Source of the DNA: Phycisphaerae bacterium
GTDB taxonomy: Bacteria > Planctomycetota > Phycisphaerae > UBA1845
Direction: 5' to 3'
DNA: 64,000 nucleotides
Assembly: GCA_963666835.2 (NCBI GenBank)
Contig: CAXXGO010000001.1
Span: forward strand, 832,001-896,000
Part shown: one piece after another, positions 20,554 through 30,903 of the stretch
Position numbering within the stretch: the first letter of the stretch is position 1
Layout: each line of letters begins with the position of its first letter
Made by a program: the position numbers and the translations under genes
The notes under the pieces: model-generated
What the model saw: only the letters and a program-made list of their open reading frames with translations
Database searches by the model: none
Told to the model about the DNA's origin: nothing

Positions 20554-20627
20554 CGGCCGCCGATCGACGGATGCGGGCGGTCTTGCGTGGTCGCCCGGCG
20601 CGCAGTGCCGAGTTCACGGCATTTCAC

Positions 20628-21308
20628 TTACTGACAGAGGAAGCAGCAGCGGATGGGGAGCAGCCGGCTCGGTGCGAACCGCGCGCGGACTACGGTGAAG
20701 TAGCGGCTCAGTAGCTCGCGCATCTCGGGGACGGACCAGACGTGCAGATGATAGTCGTCGCCTCCCCAGGAAATCCGCCGAAACGGTGGCAGGGCGGTCA
20801 ACCGGCTGCGGCGCAGAATATCCTTGGCGGTGTTTACCAGGTAGTCATTGGGGAAGGTTACGACGACGCGGCCTTGCGGGCGAAGCAGGCGGCGCATCTG
20901 AGCCAGAATGCTCTCCGGGTCGACGGCGTGCTCCAACACTTCGGTGCAGATTATCTGATCGAACCCGCCATAGGGCAGATCAAGTTCATGCAGTTCGCCT
21001 TTGAGCAAGCGGGCTCTGTATCTGTCTAGATTCCGGCGGGCCTTCTCCAGCATCTCTCCGGAGACGTCCACGCCGGTGAGATTGCACTCGGGGAACATTC
21101 GCAGTACATGCCCGCCGCCGCAGCCCACCTCCAGGATGCGATCATCCGCCGAGGCAGCGACCATTTTCTTAATGCAGGCGAGCCGCCGCTGCTCGATTAA
21201 TCGGATCAGGAAACTCGATCCGGAGTAGTACTCGTCGATGTCGTGTTCCCGCGCGAACGTGTCGTTCCATTGTTCCACGTTCCCAATCGTAATCTGAGAT
21301 TCGGGCAT
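20628..21308 (-). CDS. Class I SAM-dependent methyltransferase
   Basis: ILEVGCGGG, GVDVS, CTEVLEH. ATG overlaps the stop of the GT2 gene. Confidence 0.88.
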   Translation of the reverse strand: MPESQITIGNVEQWNDTFAREHDIDEYYSGSSFLIRLIEQRRLACIKKMVAASADDRILEVGCGGGHVLRMFPECNLTGVDVSGEMLEKARRNLDRYRARLLKGELHELDLPYGGFDQIICTEVLEHAVDPESILAQMRRLLRPQGRVVVTFPNDYLVNTAKDILRRSRLTALPPFRRISWGGDDYHLHVWSVPEMRELLSRYFTVVRARFAPSRLLPIRCCFLCQ

Positions 21309-22135
21309 CAGGTGTTTCTCGCAGAGGCTCTGCCGACGGGTAGGGAACGAGACCAAAGGTCGCGAGCCGACTTCGCGGAAGATGCCGAAGGCAGCCACGT
21401 CTCGGCACGGAACTTGACTAGCTCCCAGAACAACCGCAGCGACACGATCAGCGGGAATCGGTTGAGGAAGGACGTGCCGCGGGTCCGCGCGTCAAAGACG
21501 GTGTCCACCTCCTTGATACGGTGGCCGCGCAGGTGGGTCGCCACGCCCAACAGAGCCTGAAAGTACCGATAGCGGTATCGGTGCTGCAGGATGTCGGCAA
21601 GCACTTCGCGGGAGCAGAGCACAAACCCGGATTTGTTGTCCCGCGACCTCATACGGAATATTGCATTAAGCAGCAGGTTAAGCCCGCGACTGAAGACCAG
21701 GCAGCGCCGCCCCCCTTCTCCGGGGTGTCGTACCGCCTGAACCATGTCACAAGGATTTCCTTGATATGTTTCGTAGAGCAAACGGATGTCTTCCGGACGA
21801 TTCTGCAGGTCCGCATCGATCAAACAGACGAGCTTGCCCCGAGCAGCGTTCAAGCCGGACTGCCACGCCGCCTCCATCCCGAGGTTCCGCGGATGTTGGA
21901 TACCCCGGATGCGATCGTCCGCACGGTAGGACCGGCAGATCTTCTCCCAAGTCCAATCGGTGCTGCCGTCGTCGATCAACACCAGTTGCCCGGCAACGCC
22001 CATCGAATCGAACACGGCCAGAGTTCGCTTCACGAGAATGTCGACGTTCTCTTCCTCGTTCAAGCATGGCGCAATGACCGTAAGGTCCACAGTGTAGGCT
22101 GGATCTGAGGTCCGTTTTTCGGATTCACGAATCAA
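21308..22135 (-). CDS. Glycosyltransferase family 2 (DPM/ArnC-like)
   Basis: APCLNEE, IDDGSTD, N.G, IDADLQN.PEDI. Confidence 0.9.
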   Translation of the reverse strand: MIRESEKRTSDPAYTVDLTVIAPCLNEEENVDILVKRTLAVFDSMGVAGQLVLIDDGSTDWTWEKICRSYRADDRIRGIQHPRNLGMEAAWQSGLNAARGKLVCLIDADLQNRPEDIRLLYETYQGNPCDMVQAVRHPGEGGRRCLVFSRGLNLLLNAIFRMRSRDNKSGFVLCSREVLADILQHRYRYRYFQALLGVATHLRGHRIKEVDTVFDARTRGTSFLNRFPLIVSLRLFWELVKFRAETWLPSASSAKSARDLWSRSLPVGRASARNT

Positions 22136-23892
22136 CCGAGCGTTCCTCCGAATACCGCAGCTTGATCGAAACCGGTAAGATCCCGGCTCGAAATGACCTG
22201 CTCCACAGGCTTGGTGTGGATGTCGGCAATATCAACGTTGTGTGTCGTTGCAGGTGTGGCCCGGCCGGTCGGCAGAGCCTTGATGCACTCCGAGGTCATC
22301 AGCGCATTCCAGTACCTGCGATCGAAGCTGTGTCGGCCCTGCATCCAGAGGTTTACCGGGGTGGCCAGACCGTCCTTGACCGTGCGGTGGAGCACCAGGG
22401 CATCCCTCGGCAGCAGCTTGCGGGCGGCTTGGTGTACGATCCACTTGCCGTTTCCATCACGGAAGCGCAGAGAATCGTCCAGGGAGAAAGCGAACTCGAC
22501 CAAGCGGTGGTCCAGGAACGGGCAACGTCCCTCGATACTGTGCGCCATGGTCATCCGGTCCGCCATTTGGAGAAGAGGCTGGAGGAACACGCGCGATTCG
22601 ATATAGGCGATATTCTCTAGTGCCGTCTTTTGAGCACTCCACTCATTGATCAGAAACATCTTCATTAAGGCCGCGTCGCCCAGACCGGATCGAGAGGCCA
22701 TTCGACAGAAGCGGTCCAGATCGCTTCCGTGGTAGCGGCCGAGCATGGCGGCATAATGCAGGTGCTTGGCGTCAGTTGCGCGCCGGCGGTCATCCAGCAA
22801 AAACTCGTTTCTTGCATACCCGGCGAACAGTTCGTCCGAACCCTCGCCTGACAGCGATACTCTGTAGCCGCGCGTCCGGCAGGCCTTCGCCAATCGGTAC
22901 AACGGGAACACGCTGAAAGAGCCGGTCGGCATCTCCAGGTGGTACGCCATCGCGGGCAAATCGCTGAGGAACTCGTCACGGGTGGGCCGGACCATGTTCA
23001 GGTCGATACCCAGGCGCGTGGCGAGGTCGCGGGCAAAACGTTCCTCGTTGATACTCCTGCGGAACTCGTCGAACTGGCATGTGAAAGCCTCGGATACGCC
23101 GGACAGCTTGGCGATAAGAGCCGAATCCAGGCCGCCGGAAAGAAGCAGCGTGACGGGGACGTCACTTCGCATACGCAGCCGGACCGAATCTTCGAGCAGC
23201 TCGATGAAGCGGTCGACGGCCTCCCGCTCGTCGGTGATGTGGTTGCCCACCTGGTGCGGAATGTCCCAGTAGCAGCGTGTGCCACAAGTGCCGTTTTCGA
23301 GGTCGTATATCAGATAGTCGCCCGGCCGCAACGAGAAGACGTCGCGATAGAGCGTGTGCTCATTGAAACAGAACTCGAAGAGGTTGAACACGTCCTGGGT
23401 GATGAACTCGAGATCGGGCAGCGCTTTTATCTCGGAGGCAAACTCGAAGCGGTTAGGTCCCAGCCGATAGAAGAAGGGCTTTTTGCCCATTCGATCGCGC
23501 GCGCAGAAGAACCGCCGCCCGTCCCAGATGACCAGGGCGAACATGCCGTTGAAGCGTTCCAGGCAATCGGTTCCCCATTCCTGATACGCGGCCAAAGCCA
23601 CTTCGGTGTCCGTACGGGTGGTGAAGACGTGGCCCAGATCCTGAAGTTCGCGACGCAATTCCAGGTAGTTGTAGATCTCACCGTTGAAGAGGATCGTGCT
23701 ATTGCCGATCCGGATCGGCAGCTCTACGTTTCGGCTGTCGACCACGTTGAGCCGCGTCTGCCCCAGGGCGACAGTGCCATGCCCCGGCACTTCCTCGGTT
23801 ACAAAACAGCTCTGGTCCGGTCCGCGGTGGCGCAGCGTGCTTAAGCTACGTTCGTCGAAAGCGGTATTGAGGCCTCCGAGGATGCCGCACAT
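22132..23892 (-). CDS. asnB: Asparagine synthase (glutamine-hydrolysing)-like amidotransferase
   Basis: MCGI N-terminal Ntn Cys, HRGPD, FNGEIYN, LSGGLDS, SGEGSDELFAGY, R.PFLD. Confidence 0.9.
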   Translation of the reverse strand: MCGILGGLNTAFDERSLSTLRHRGPDQSCFVTEEVPGHGTVALGQTRLNVVDSRNVELPIRIGNSTILFNGEIYNYLELRRELQDLGHVFTTRTDTEVALAAYQEWGTDCLERFNGMFALVIWDGRRFFCARDRMGKKPFFYRLGPNRFEFASEIKALPDLEFITQDVFNLFEFCFNEHTLYRDVFSLRPGDYLIYDLENGTCGTRCYWDIPHQVGNHITDEREAVDRFIELLEDSVRLRMRSDVPVTLLLSGGLDSALIAKLSGVSEAFTCQFDEFRRSINEERFARDLATRLGIDLNMVRPTRDEFLSDLPAMAYHLEMPTGSFSVFPLYRLAKACRTRGYRVSLSGEGSDELFAGYARNEFLLDDRRRATDAKHLHYAAMLGRYHGSDLDRFCRMASRSGLGDAALMKMFLINEWSAQKTALENIAYIESRVFLQPLLQMADRMTMAHSIEGRCPFLDHRLVEFAFSLDDSLRFRDGNGKWIVHQAARKLLPRDALVLHRTVKDGLATPVNLWMQGRHSFDRRYWNALMTSECIKALPTGRATPATTHNVDIADIHTKPVEQVISSRDLTGFDQAAVFGGTLG

Positions 23893-23894
23893 GG

Positions 23895-24926
23895 TCAGAC
23901 CTTCCGAGCCCTGCAGCTTATTCCCGCTTCCCGAACATCCCAGGCGAGGATCTCCCAGCCCTCGGCGAACCACTCGCGAAAATCGTCCGGTTCAAACCGG
24001 AAACAGTTCTCGGGATGGTACCAATCGAGGTTGACGATGTTGTTTGTGAAGAAATCGAACTTGTCGTTCCAGAAGCATTTCATGATATTCCAATGCACGA
24101 AACGCTGGAGGTCGATCTTGCCTTTCTTGATACCCAGAACCGGGATGTCTTCCGGGATGTCCACTGTGGTCTTGAGGTTGGCCAGCGCCTCCCCGAGCCG
24201 GGTGATTCCCTCGCAGACCTCCAGCGCCTCATCGACTGACAAACCGCTGATGTGCTCCCGAACGTGATCGTCGGTGAACTCTCGGAGCACCGCCTTCTTG
24301 CGATACACGTAACAGCAGATCGTACCGTTGGTTTTGAGCTTACGCCTGAGGTTGTCGAACGTCGCCCGCGGATTGGGCATGTGGTGGATGACCTGGTCGC
24401 AGTTGAGGAAGTCGAAGTACTCGTCGGGGAACGGCAGACGGTTGAGGTCCGCATGAACGAACGCGATCCGCGGATGCGTTACCTGCCTGGACGCCGCCTC
24501 CAAGGCCTCCGCCGCCAGGTCCACGGCAAACACGGCCGCCGTTGAGTTCTCCGCGAAGTTGAGGGCGTCACGCCCGCTTCCCGTTCCGGCGTCCAGAATG
24601 AACCGGGCGTCGGCGAGAAACTCGCGCAGGCTCTCCGCCTCGTGGAAACCGTACCGTTGCAGGTACCAGTCCGTGTAAAACTCCCGCGTGTGCTCCCGGT
24701 AATACTGATGCTTGGCCCATTTCTGCGAGAACGAACGGGCGGTTTGGGTCCGCAGGGCGTCCTCGCGAACGAACGTGGGGATACCACGGTGAATCGGATA
24801 CGTGCTCTTGGCGTCGCTGGACAGCTCGCCCTCGATTACGGCATCGCCGTCTTCCAGCTCGACGTTGAGGCCCAGGGGGCGTAGCGTATCCGGACACACG
24901 AAATGGGTTAGTAGGTTCCTTTGCAT
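23895..24926 (-). CDS. Trm112-like domain + SAM methyltransferase
   Basis: N-terminal CP...YPI.RGIP.F; LDAGTGSGR; VIHH. Confidence 0.85.
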   Translation of the reverse strand: MQRNLLTHFVCPDTLRPLGLNVELEDGDAVIEGELSSDAKSTYPIHRGIPTFVREDALRTQTARSFSQKWAKHQYYREHTREFYTDWYLQRYGFHEAESLREFLADARFILDAGTGSGRDALNFAENSTAAVFAVDLAAEALEAASRQVTHPRIAFVHADLNRLPFPDEYFDFLNCDQVIHHMPNPRATFDNLRRKLKTNGTICCYVYRKKAVLREFTDDHVREHISGLSVDEALEVCEGITRLGEALANLKTTVDIPEDIPVLGIKKGKIDLQRFVHWNIMKCFWNDKFDFFTNNIVNLDWYHPENCFRFEPDDFREWFAEGWEILAWDVREAGISCRARKV

Positions 24927-25214
24927 ATTGCCGCTTACTTCTTAATGGGCGCGTAGCCTCGTTGCGGACTCTCCACTGTCCGACCGGAATGCACGCACTT
25001 GATTTTCGGACGTTATCGGGCCGTTCTTGAGGTAACGGATCATGTTCCTTGTGGCATCTCGATTCCGTGTGGAGCGGCTCTGCGATCCCGCCCGTGCCGG
25101 CCGGTTGGCGACCCGAAATCGGGCGCTTGTGACGCCGGAAGCGGATGACGTTAGCGGTGCAGATGCAACCGAGCCGCATTTTGGCGAGCTGAACCATTGG
25201 AGCCCGATCCTCGC

Positions 25215-25265
25215 TTGACTCCCGCCTGGAGTGATATATGCTTCATGAGAGTGAATGGAGATTCA
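25215..25265 (+). promoter_or_regulatory. Sigma70-like promoter and palindromic TetR-type operator
   Basis: TTGACT-N16-TATGCT (25215-25242). Perfect palindrome TGAAT-GGAG-ATTCA (25252-25265) covers the RBS and the start of tetR. Confidence 0.5.
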
Positions 25266-25864
25266 TGTTGACGAATGTAGATTTCAAGATAGCGAAGGAG
25301 GATGCCAGTCGGAACGTCATCCTCGACGCCGCCGAAGCCTGTGCCCGTAAGAGACTGCCCCTGCAGATGGTGGGCGTGGCGGACCAGGCGGGTATCGCCG
25401 TGGGCACGGTGTATCGGTACTTCAAGGACAAGCAGCATTTGCAGGATGCTCTGATTGGGCGCGTGGTGCGGGTTCTGTCGGACGAGCTGAAAGAGCGCTT
25501 GTCCGAGGTGAAACCGAAGAGGGAGAGACTCCGCGCGATGTTGCAGATCATCTGCGACGTTGCCTTGAGTCACGCCGGTGCCCTGCGCCTCTTTCTTTCC
25601 ATCTCAACCTGGGAGGAATTGGCGACCAAGGCCAATATCCCCGCCAGGTTCGGCGAGGCGGAGGAGCAGTTCGAAAAGCTCCAGCTTGATGTAATTCTGG
25701 GGCTCAGACTAAAGCGGATCGCGCCGGAATCGGCGCTGGCCTTCGTGAGAGCATCGATACTCGCAGGTTTGGGTAGGGTGATCAACGCGGCCCCGGAAAG
25801 ACAGGCCGAGGGCATTGAAGAAGTGATTCGATTGACCGAAGGAGGCCTTGTCGGATGCACTTGA
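25265..25864 (+). CDS. TetR/AcrR family transcriptional regulator
   Basis: ILDAA...VADQAGIAVGTVYRYFKDK HTH. Start could also be 25238. Confidence 0.9.
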   Translation: MLTNVDFKIAKEDASRNVILDAAEACARKRLPLQMVGVADQAGIAVGTVYRYFKDKQHLQDALIGRVVRVLSDELKERLSEVKPKRERLRAMLQIICDVALSHAGALRLFLSISTWEELATKANIPARFGEAEEQFEKLQLDVILGLRLKRIAPESALAFVRASILAGLGRVINAAPERQAEGIEEVIRLTEGGLVGCT

Positions 25865-26111
25865 GGAGGCACCCAACCTGCCACCGCGCCGCACCCGGCA
25901 TTCCGATGAAGGCACCCGCCAAGGCTGCAAACGGATGCAGTCGAGAATCGCGGTGACTCGCGTCTCCGTTACCGCAGGTGAAACGCTCACAAGAGGCTGT
26001 GGACTCAACAGCGTAACAGGAGAAACACCGCGAGGATTGTAGGCACAAAAGGCGGCGGTCCCAGACGCCGGTCCTTGTTTGGGGTTCATTCGAAAGGCTA
26101 AGGATACATCA

Positions 26112-27278
26112 ATGTCCAATCCGAGAAACTTGGTCAAGCTGATTGGTGCGATTGTCGGCATCGCCGTGATGGGAGGAGCGGTCTACTCCGTCTTTTTCAT
26201 CGACTGGGAGATTCGGGCAACACCGGAACCACCGATGGTTCGGCCGCTCAAGACGATGGTCATCGAGTCGCCCTTCTCCTCCGCAGCCCGCAAGTATCCC
26301 GGCAAAGTGAGAGCGAATGAGGAGGTCAAACTCGCGTTTCAGGTGCCGGGCCAGTTGATTGAGTTTCCAGTCAAGAAGGGGCTGGATGTCGACAAGGGTG
26401 ACCTGCTCGGCCGGCTCGATCCCCGCGATTACGAAAACGAGCTTGCAACGAGACAAGCCACCCTCGATGCCGCCCGGTTCGAATACAAACGCATCGAGGG
26501 ACTCGACAAACGGGGTATGGCTGCGGAGAAAGAGCTTATGGACTCCAAGGCTGCATTCGAGTCCGCGGTCGCGGCGTTGAAGATAGCACGCAAGGCGTTG
26601 GACGATACTTGCCTTCGAGCACCATTTGCGGGTGTCGTGGCTGATACGTATGTGGATAACTTCCAGAACATCCAAGCCAAGGTGTCGGTCCTGAGTCTTC
26701 AGGAGATCGACCGGGTCGAGATTGTGGTAAGCGTTCCCGAGGAACGCGTCATCCGGGCGCCGCGCAGCGACGACGACCCGGCCGACCCGGCTGAGCGCGG
26801 GGAGCGCGCCAACGAGCACTATCGCTTCGCGGCGACGCTCGAGTATCTGCCGAACCGAGAGTTCGACGTGCGCTTTAAGGAGTTCACGTCCGAGGCCGAT
26901 CCGGTTACGCAGACCTATGCCGCTACGTTCGCCATGCCAGTTCCCGGGGGAGTGACCATTCTCCCGGGGATGACGGCGACCATTCACGAGTATCAGAGAG
27001 AAACGGGTAACTCGGGTTCGGCAGCTTATGCCGTTCCGTTGGATGCCGTTCCACTCGACGGGCAAGGTGCTTACTTCGTATGGTCCGTGCGCGACGCCGG
27101 CGACGGCACTGCGACGGTGCATCGGGTTGACGTACAGGTCGGCGAGATGGTCGGCGACGACATCCTGGTGTCGGCAGGTTTGAAGTCGGGTGACCGCATC
27201 GCCCTGGCCGGTGTTCATCTCCTTCAGGAAGGGCAGCGGGTTCGCCCGTTTACGGCCCAGGAGGATGCCGCACCATGA
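26112..27278 (+). CDS. RND efflux periplasmic adaptor (MFP)
   Basis: LAFQVPG, KGDLLGRLD, LRAPFAGVV, PGMTA, GLKSGD. Confidence 0.9.
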   Translation: MSNPRNLVKLIGAIVGIAVMGGAVYSVFFIDWEIRATPEPPMVRPLKTMVIESPFSSAARKYPGKVRANEEVKLAFQVPGQLIEFPVKKGLDVDKGDLLGRLDPRDYENELATRQATLDAARFEYKRIEGLDKRGMAAEKELMDSKAAFESAVAALKIARKALDDTCLRAPFAGVVADTYVDNFQNIQAKVSVLSLQEIDRVEIVVSVPEERVIRAPRSDDDPADPAERGERANEHYRFAATLEYLPNREFDVRFKEFTSEADPVTQTYAATFAMPVPGGVTILPGMTATIHEYQRETGNSGSAAYAVPLDAVPLDGQGAYFVWSVRDAGDGTATVHRVDVQVGEMVGDDILVSAGLKSGDRIALAGVHLLQEGQRVRPFTAQEDAAP

Positions 27279-30200
27279 ACATCGCCGAAGCCTCGATAAA
27301 GTACAAGACCGTCACTATGGTGATGACCATCCTCATAATGGGCGGGGGGATTCTGGCATACGAAGGGCTGGGGCGACTCGAAGATCCGGAGTTCACCATA
27401 AAGGAGGCCCAGATTTTCACGGACTACCCCGGCGCCTCAGCCATGGAAGTGGCCGAGGAGGTCACCGACGAGATCGAGACGGCCGTGCAACAGCTTGGCC
27501 AGCTCAAGTTGGTTACCAGTATCTCCGAGCCGGGACTATCCACCGTCCGGGTGGAGATGGAAGACAAATACGACAAACACTCTCTGCCGCAGGTGTGGGA
27601 TGAGCTGCGCCGCAAAGTCAACGACATTCAGGACCAGCTCCCGCCGGGAGCCGGACCGTCATCGGTCTTCGACGATTTCGGTGACGTGTACGGCGTCTTC
27701 TACGCGGTATACGGCGACGGCTATTCGTACGCCGAACTCAAGGACTACGTCGACGTACTGCGGCGGGAACTACTGCTCTGCGAAGATGTGGGCAAGGTTA
27801 CTATCCAAGGTGATTTACGCGAGGTCGTGTATGTTGAGACCTCCCGGGCCCGGTTGGCGCAGTTGGGCATCTCATCCGCGGAGATCCACCGCACGCTCTC
27901 CGGACAGAACCTGGTACAACCGTCCGGCAGGGTCGAGGTGGGCGATCAGTATATTCGAATCCAGCCGACCGGCGAATTTACGTCAGTTGCTGACATCGGA
28001 GACTTGCTCATCCTCCAAGACAGCGCGACGGCGACCAAGTTGTATCTCAAAGATGTTGCGACGATCACACGAGGGTATGTCGAACCGCCCACCAACATCA
28101 TGCACTACAACGGCCGACCCGCGATTGGGTTGGGAATCTCAACCGTTCTCGGAGGGAACGTCATTACGATGGGCGAGTCTGTCACCCGACGCCTGCGCGA
28201 GCTGCAGGCCGAGATGCCCATCGGAATGGAGATCGGAGTCATCGCCCACCAAGCCGATTCAGTGAACACGGCGGTTAACGGGTTCATCATCAGCTTGGCC
28301 GAGGCCCTCGCAATCGTAATTGGCGTTCTGATGTTGACGATGGGCCTGCGCAGCGGCGTGCTGATCGGCGGCATTCTCCTGTTGACCGTCCTGGCGACCT
28401 TCATCGTTATGCAGATGCAGGGGATCATCCTCGAGCGAATAAGCCTGGGAGCCTTGATTATCGCGCTCGGGATGCTGGTCGACAACGCTATCGTGGTGGT
28501 TGAGGGTATCCTCATGAACCTCCAACGAGGTCTGGACCGGATCAAGGCGGCCGGACAGGTTGTCCATCAGACGGTCTGGCCCCTGCTGGGCGCCACGATC
28601 GTCGCGGTGTTGGCGTTCGCCGGCATCGGCTTGTCGCAAGACGCGGTCGGTGAGTATTGTTGCTCGCTGTTTCAGGTGATTCTCATTTCCCTGATGGCGA
28701 GTTGGGTGTTGGCGATCACGGCAACGCCGCTGTTCGGGGTGATGTTTCTCAAAACTCCCGGCAACGGCGGCGAACCGTATAGAGGCGTGCTCTTCGGAGC
28801 CTACCGGGCCATCCTGTCTTTCTGCATACGCGCGCGTTGGGTAACGGTCACGGCATCGCTCTTTTTGCTGGTATTGGCGATTGGGGGATTCGGCTTTGTC
28901 AAGCACAGCTTCTTCCCCGATTCCACCCGGCCGCAGTTCATGGTGCACTACTGGTTGCCGCAGGGCACGCATGTCAGTCGTACCGAGGCTGATCTGGAGC
29001 GGATAAGCGAGTATCTGCAATCGTTGGACGGCGTGGCGGACGTTTCCACCTTCGTTAGCGGCGGCGCGTTGCGTTTTTTGCTGACGTACTCGCCCGAAGA
29101 CGCCAACCCTGCTTATGGCATGCTGCTGGTGAGCGTTGCCGACTACAGAGAGATTCCCAGTCTTCTTCCCGATGTCCGAACGTACCTTGAAGAGAACTTC
29201 CCAGATGCGCAGGCATTCTCACGTCAGTTCATGCTCGGACCGGGCGAAGCGCAGAAGATCCATGCCCGCTTCCGCGGTCCGGATCCGAACGTGCTGCGCC
29301 GGCTGGCCGCCAAGGCTCGTGCGCTCATGCTCGCGGAGCCCGGCGCCGTAGATGTAATGGACGACTGGCGGCAACGTGTCCCGCTGATCCGCCCGATCGT
29401 GGCGGAGACCCCGGCCCGCAACGCCGGCATCACCAGATCCGAGATCGCCGAGGCCTTGCAGTCTGCCTTCGAGGGTGTCGAGATCGGCGTCTATCGCGAG
29501 GACGACAAACTGCTGCCCATTATTGCACGTAGCCCGGAAAGCGAGCGCGGCGACATCGAGAACCTCCGCGATGTCCGAATCTGGAGCCCGGTTGCTGGTC
29601 AAACCATTCCAATCAGTCAGGTGGTAAACGGTTTCGAAAGCAGTTCGGAGAATTCCATCATTCGCCGTCGAGATCGCTTACCGACCCTGACGGTCAAGTG
29701 TGACCCTAAGTCGGGGCCGGCGAGTGTTCTGTTCGAGCAACTCCGGCCGAAGATCGAGGCGATCGAGCTACCGCAGGGCTATACGCTGGAGTGGGGCGGC
29801 GAATACGAAGACTCGGGCGACGCACAGGGTGATCTGTTTAAGAAGCTGCCCATGGTGGCGCTGCTGATGGTGCTCGTGGTGATTGTTCTGTTCAATTCGA
29901 TCCGCCAACCGCTGATTATCTTCCTGACGGTTCCGTTGGCCATCATCGGCGTCACGGCCGGGTTGCTGCTGACGAACCAGCCGTTCGGCTTCATGGCCCT
30001 GTTGGGGTTCCTCAGTCTTAGTGGCATGATGATCAAGAACGCTATTGTTCTGATTGACGAGATCAACGTACAGATCCGCAGTGGAGCAGAGCCGTATCGG
30101 GCGATCATCGACTCCGGGGTGAGCCGCCTGCGCCCCGTCTCTATGGCGGCGATGACTACCGTGCTTGGAATGATCCCGTTACTGACCGACGCCTTCTTCG

Positions 30201-30334
30201 TAGCGATGGCCGTGACGATCATGTTCGGCTTGGCGTTTGCCACAGTCCTGACACTCGTCGTAGTGCCGGTGCTCTACGCCTGTCTATTTCGAGTTCCGAC
30301 GCCGCACCCAATGCCCTTGTCCGCGCCGGATTAG
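27275..30334 (+). CDS. RND efflux permease (AcrB/AcrD/AcrF family)
   Basis: 1019 aa; EDPEFTIK, GMLVDNAIVV, KNAIVLID, RLRPV.M...TT.LG. Confidence 0.93.
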   Translation: MNIAEASIKYKTVTMVMTILIMGGGILAYEGLGRLEDPEFTIKEAQIFTDYPGASAMEVAEEVTDEIETAVQQLGQLKLVTSISEPGLSTVRVEMEDKYDKHSLPQVWDELRRKVNDIQDQLPPGAGPSSVFDDFGDVYGVFYAVYGDGYSYAELKDYVDVLRRELLLCEDVGKVTIQGDLREVVYVETSRARLAQLGISSAEIHRTLSGQNLVQPSGRVEVGDQYIRIQPTGEFTSVADIGDLLILQDSATATKLYLKDVATITRGYVEPPTNIMHYNGRPAIGLGISTVLGGNVITMGESVTRRLRELQAEMPIGMEIGVIAHQADSVNTAVNGFIISLAEALAIVIGVLMLTMGLRSGVLIGGILLLTVLATFIVMQMQGIILERISLGALIIALGMLVDNAIVVVEGILMNLQRGLDRIKAAGQVVHQTVWPLLGATIVAVLAFAGIGLSQDAVGEYCCSLFQVILISLMASWVLAITATPLFGVMFLKTPGNGGEPYRGVLFGAYRAILSFCIRARWVTVTASLFLLVLAIGGFGFVKHSFFPDSTRPQFMVHYWLPQGTHVSRTEADLERISEYLQSLDGVADVSTFVSGGALRFLLTYSPEDANPAYGMLLVSVADYREIPSLLPDVRTYLEENFPDAQAFSRQFMLGPGEAQKIHARFRGPDPNVLRRLAAKARALMLAEPGAVDVMDDWRQRVPLIRPIVAETPARNAGITRSEIAEALQSAFEGVEIGVYREDDKLLPIIARSPESERGDIENLRDVRIWSPVAGQTIPISQVVNGFESSSENSIIRRRDRLPTLTVKCDPKSGPASVLFEQLRPKIEAIELPQGYTLEWGGEYEDSGDAQGDLFKKLPMVALLMVLVVIVLFNSIRQPLIIFLTVPLAIIGVTAGLLLTNQPFGFMALLGFLSLSGMMIKNAIVLIDEINVQIRSGAEPYRAIIDSGVSRLRPVSMAAMTTVLGMIPLLTDAFFVAMAVTIMFGLAFATVLTLVVVPVLYACLFRVPTPHPMPLSAPD

Positions 30335-30342
30335 ACTGACTG

Positions 30343-30901
30343 CGCGGGTGCCCCATCCTTCGCCCCCGGCGAAGGGTGAGACTATGGGCAGGAGGTCGAG
30401 CCGGGCGGATTCGTCCTACTCCGCGCCGGCCCTATCCCAACCTGACAAGCTCCAAGCCGGCTCCTTTTTCAGGCTGAAAGCCTGCGAGATAGTAGACGGG
30501 GGCAAGGCCGCGCAGCGGCCGCCGCCCCCGGTGGGGTCCCGGCAATCCCAATCACCCTGACAGGGTGAAAGAGACGACGTCGATGAACCGAATGTCTGTT
30601 TCGGCTGCCCGGCCTCTTTCAGAATGCGTCGAAAGGCGGGGCGACCTCGCGAAACACATTCGCTGGAGGTGTTTGACCCATACAGGGTCAGGCAGGTTGT
30701 GGGGAGCAGGTCCGGGGGCGGCGTCCGCCGATGGCGGACTTGCCCCCGTCTACTTCATCTGAGCCCTTCGGGCTGGGAGAACCAGATCGAACGTCGAACG
30801 GCTGCAGTTGGTGGATGCATCGAATGATGTGTAGAACAACGGCGACGAGTCGGCACAACTATCGCAGCCCGGCAAACGCCGGAATGAATGGGGCACCCGT
30901 G
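30343..30901. repeat. Nested inverted-repeat (REP/MITE-like) element
   Basis: Outer IR CGGGTGCCCCAT (30345-30356 / 30888-30899). Inner ~60-bp IRs 30470-30531 / 30712-30775 share AGTAGACGGGGGCAAG..CGCCGCCCCCGG. Confidence 0.7.
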
Positions 30902-30903
30902 CT

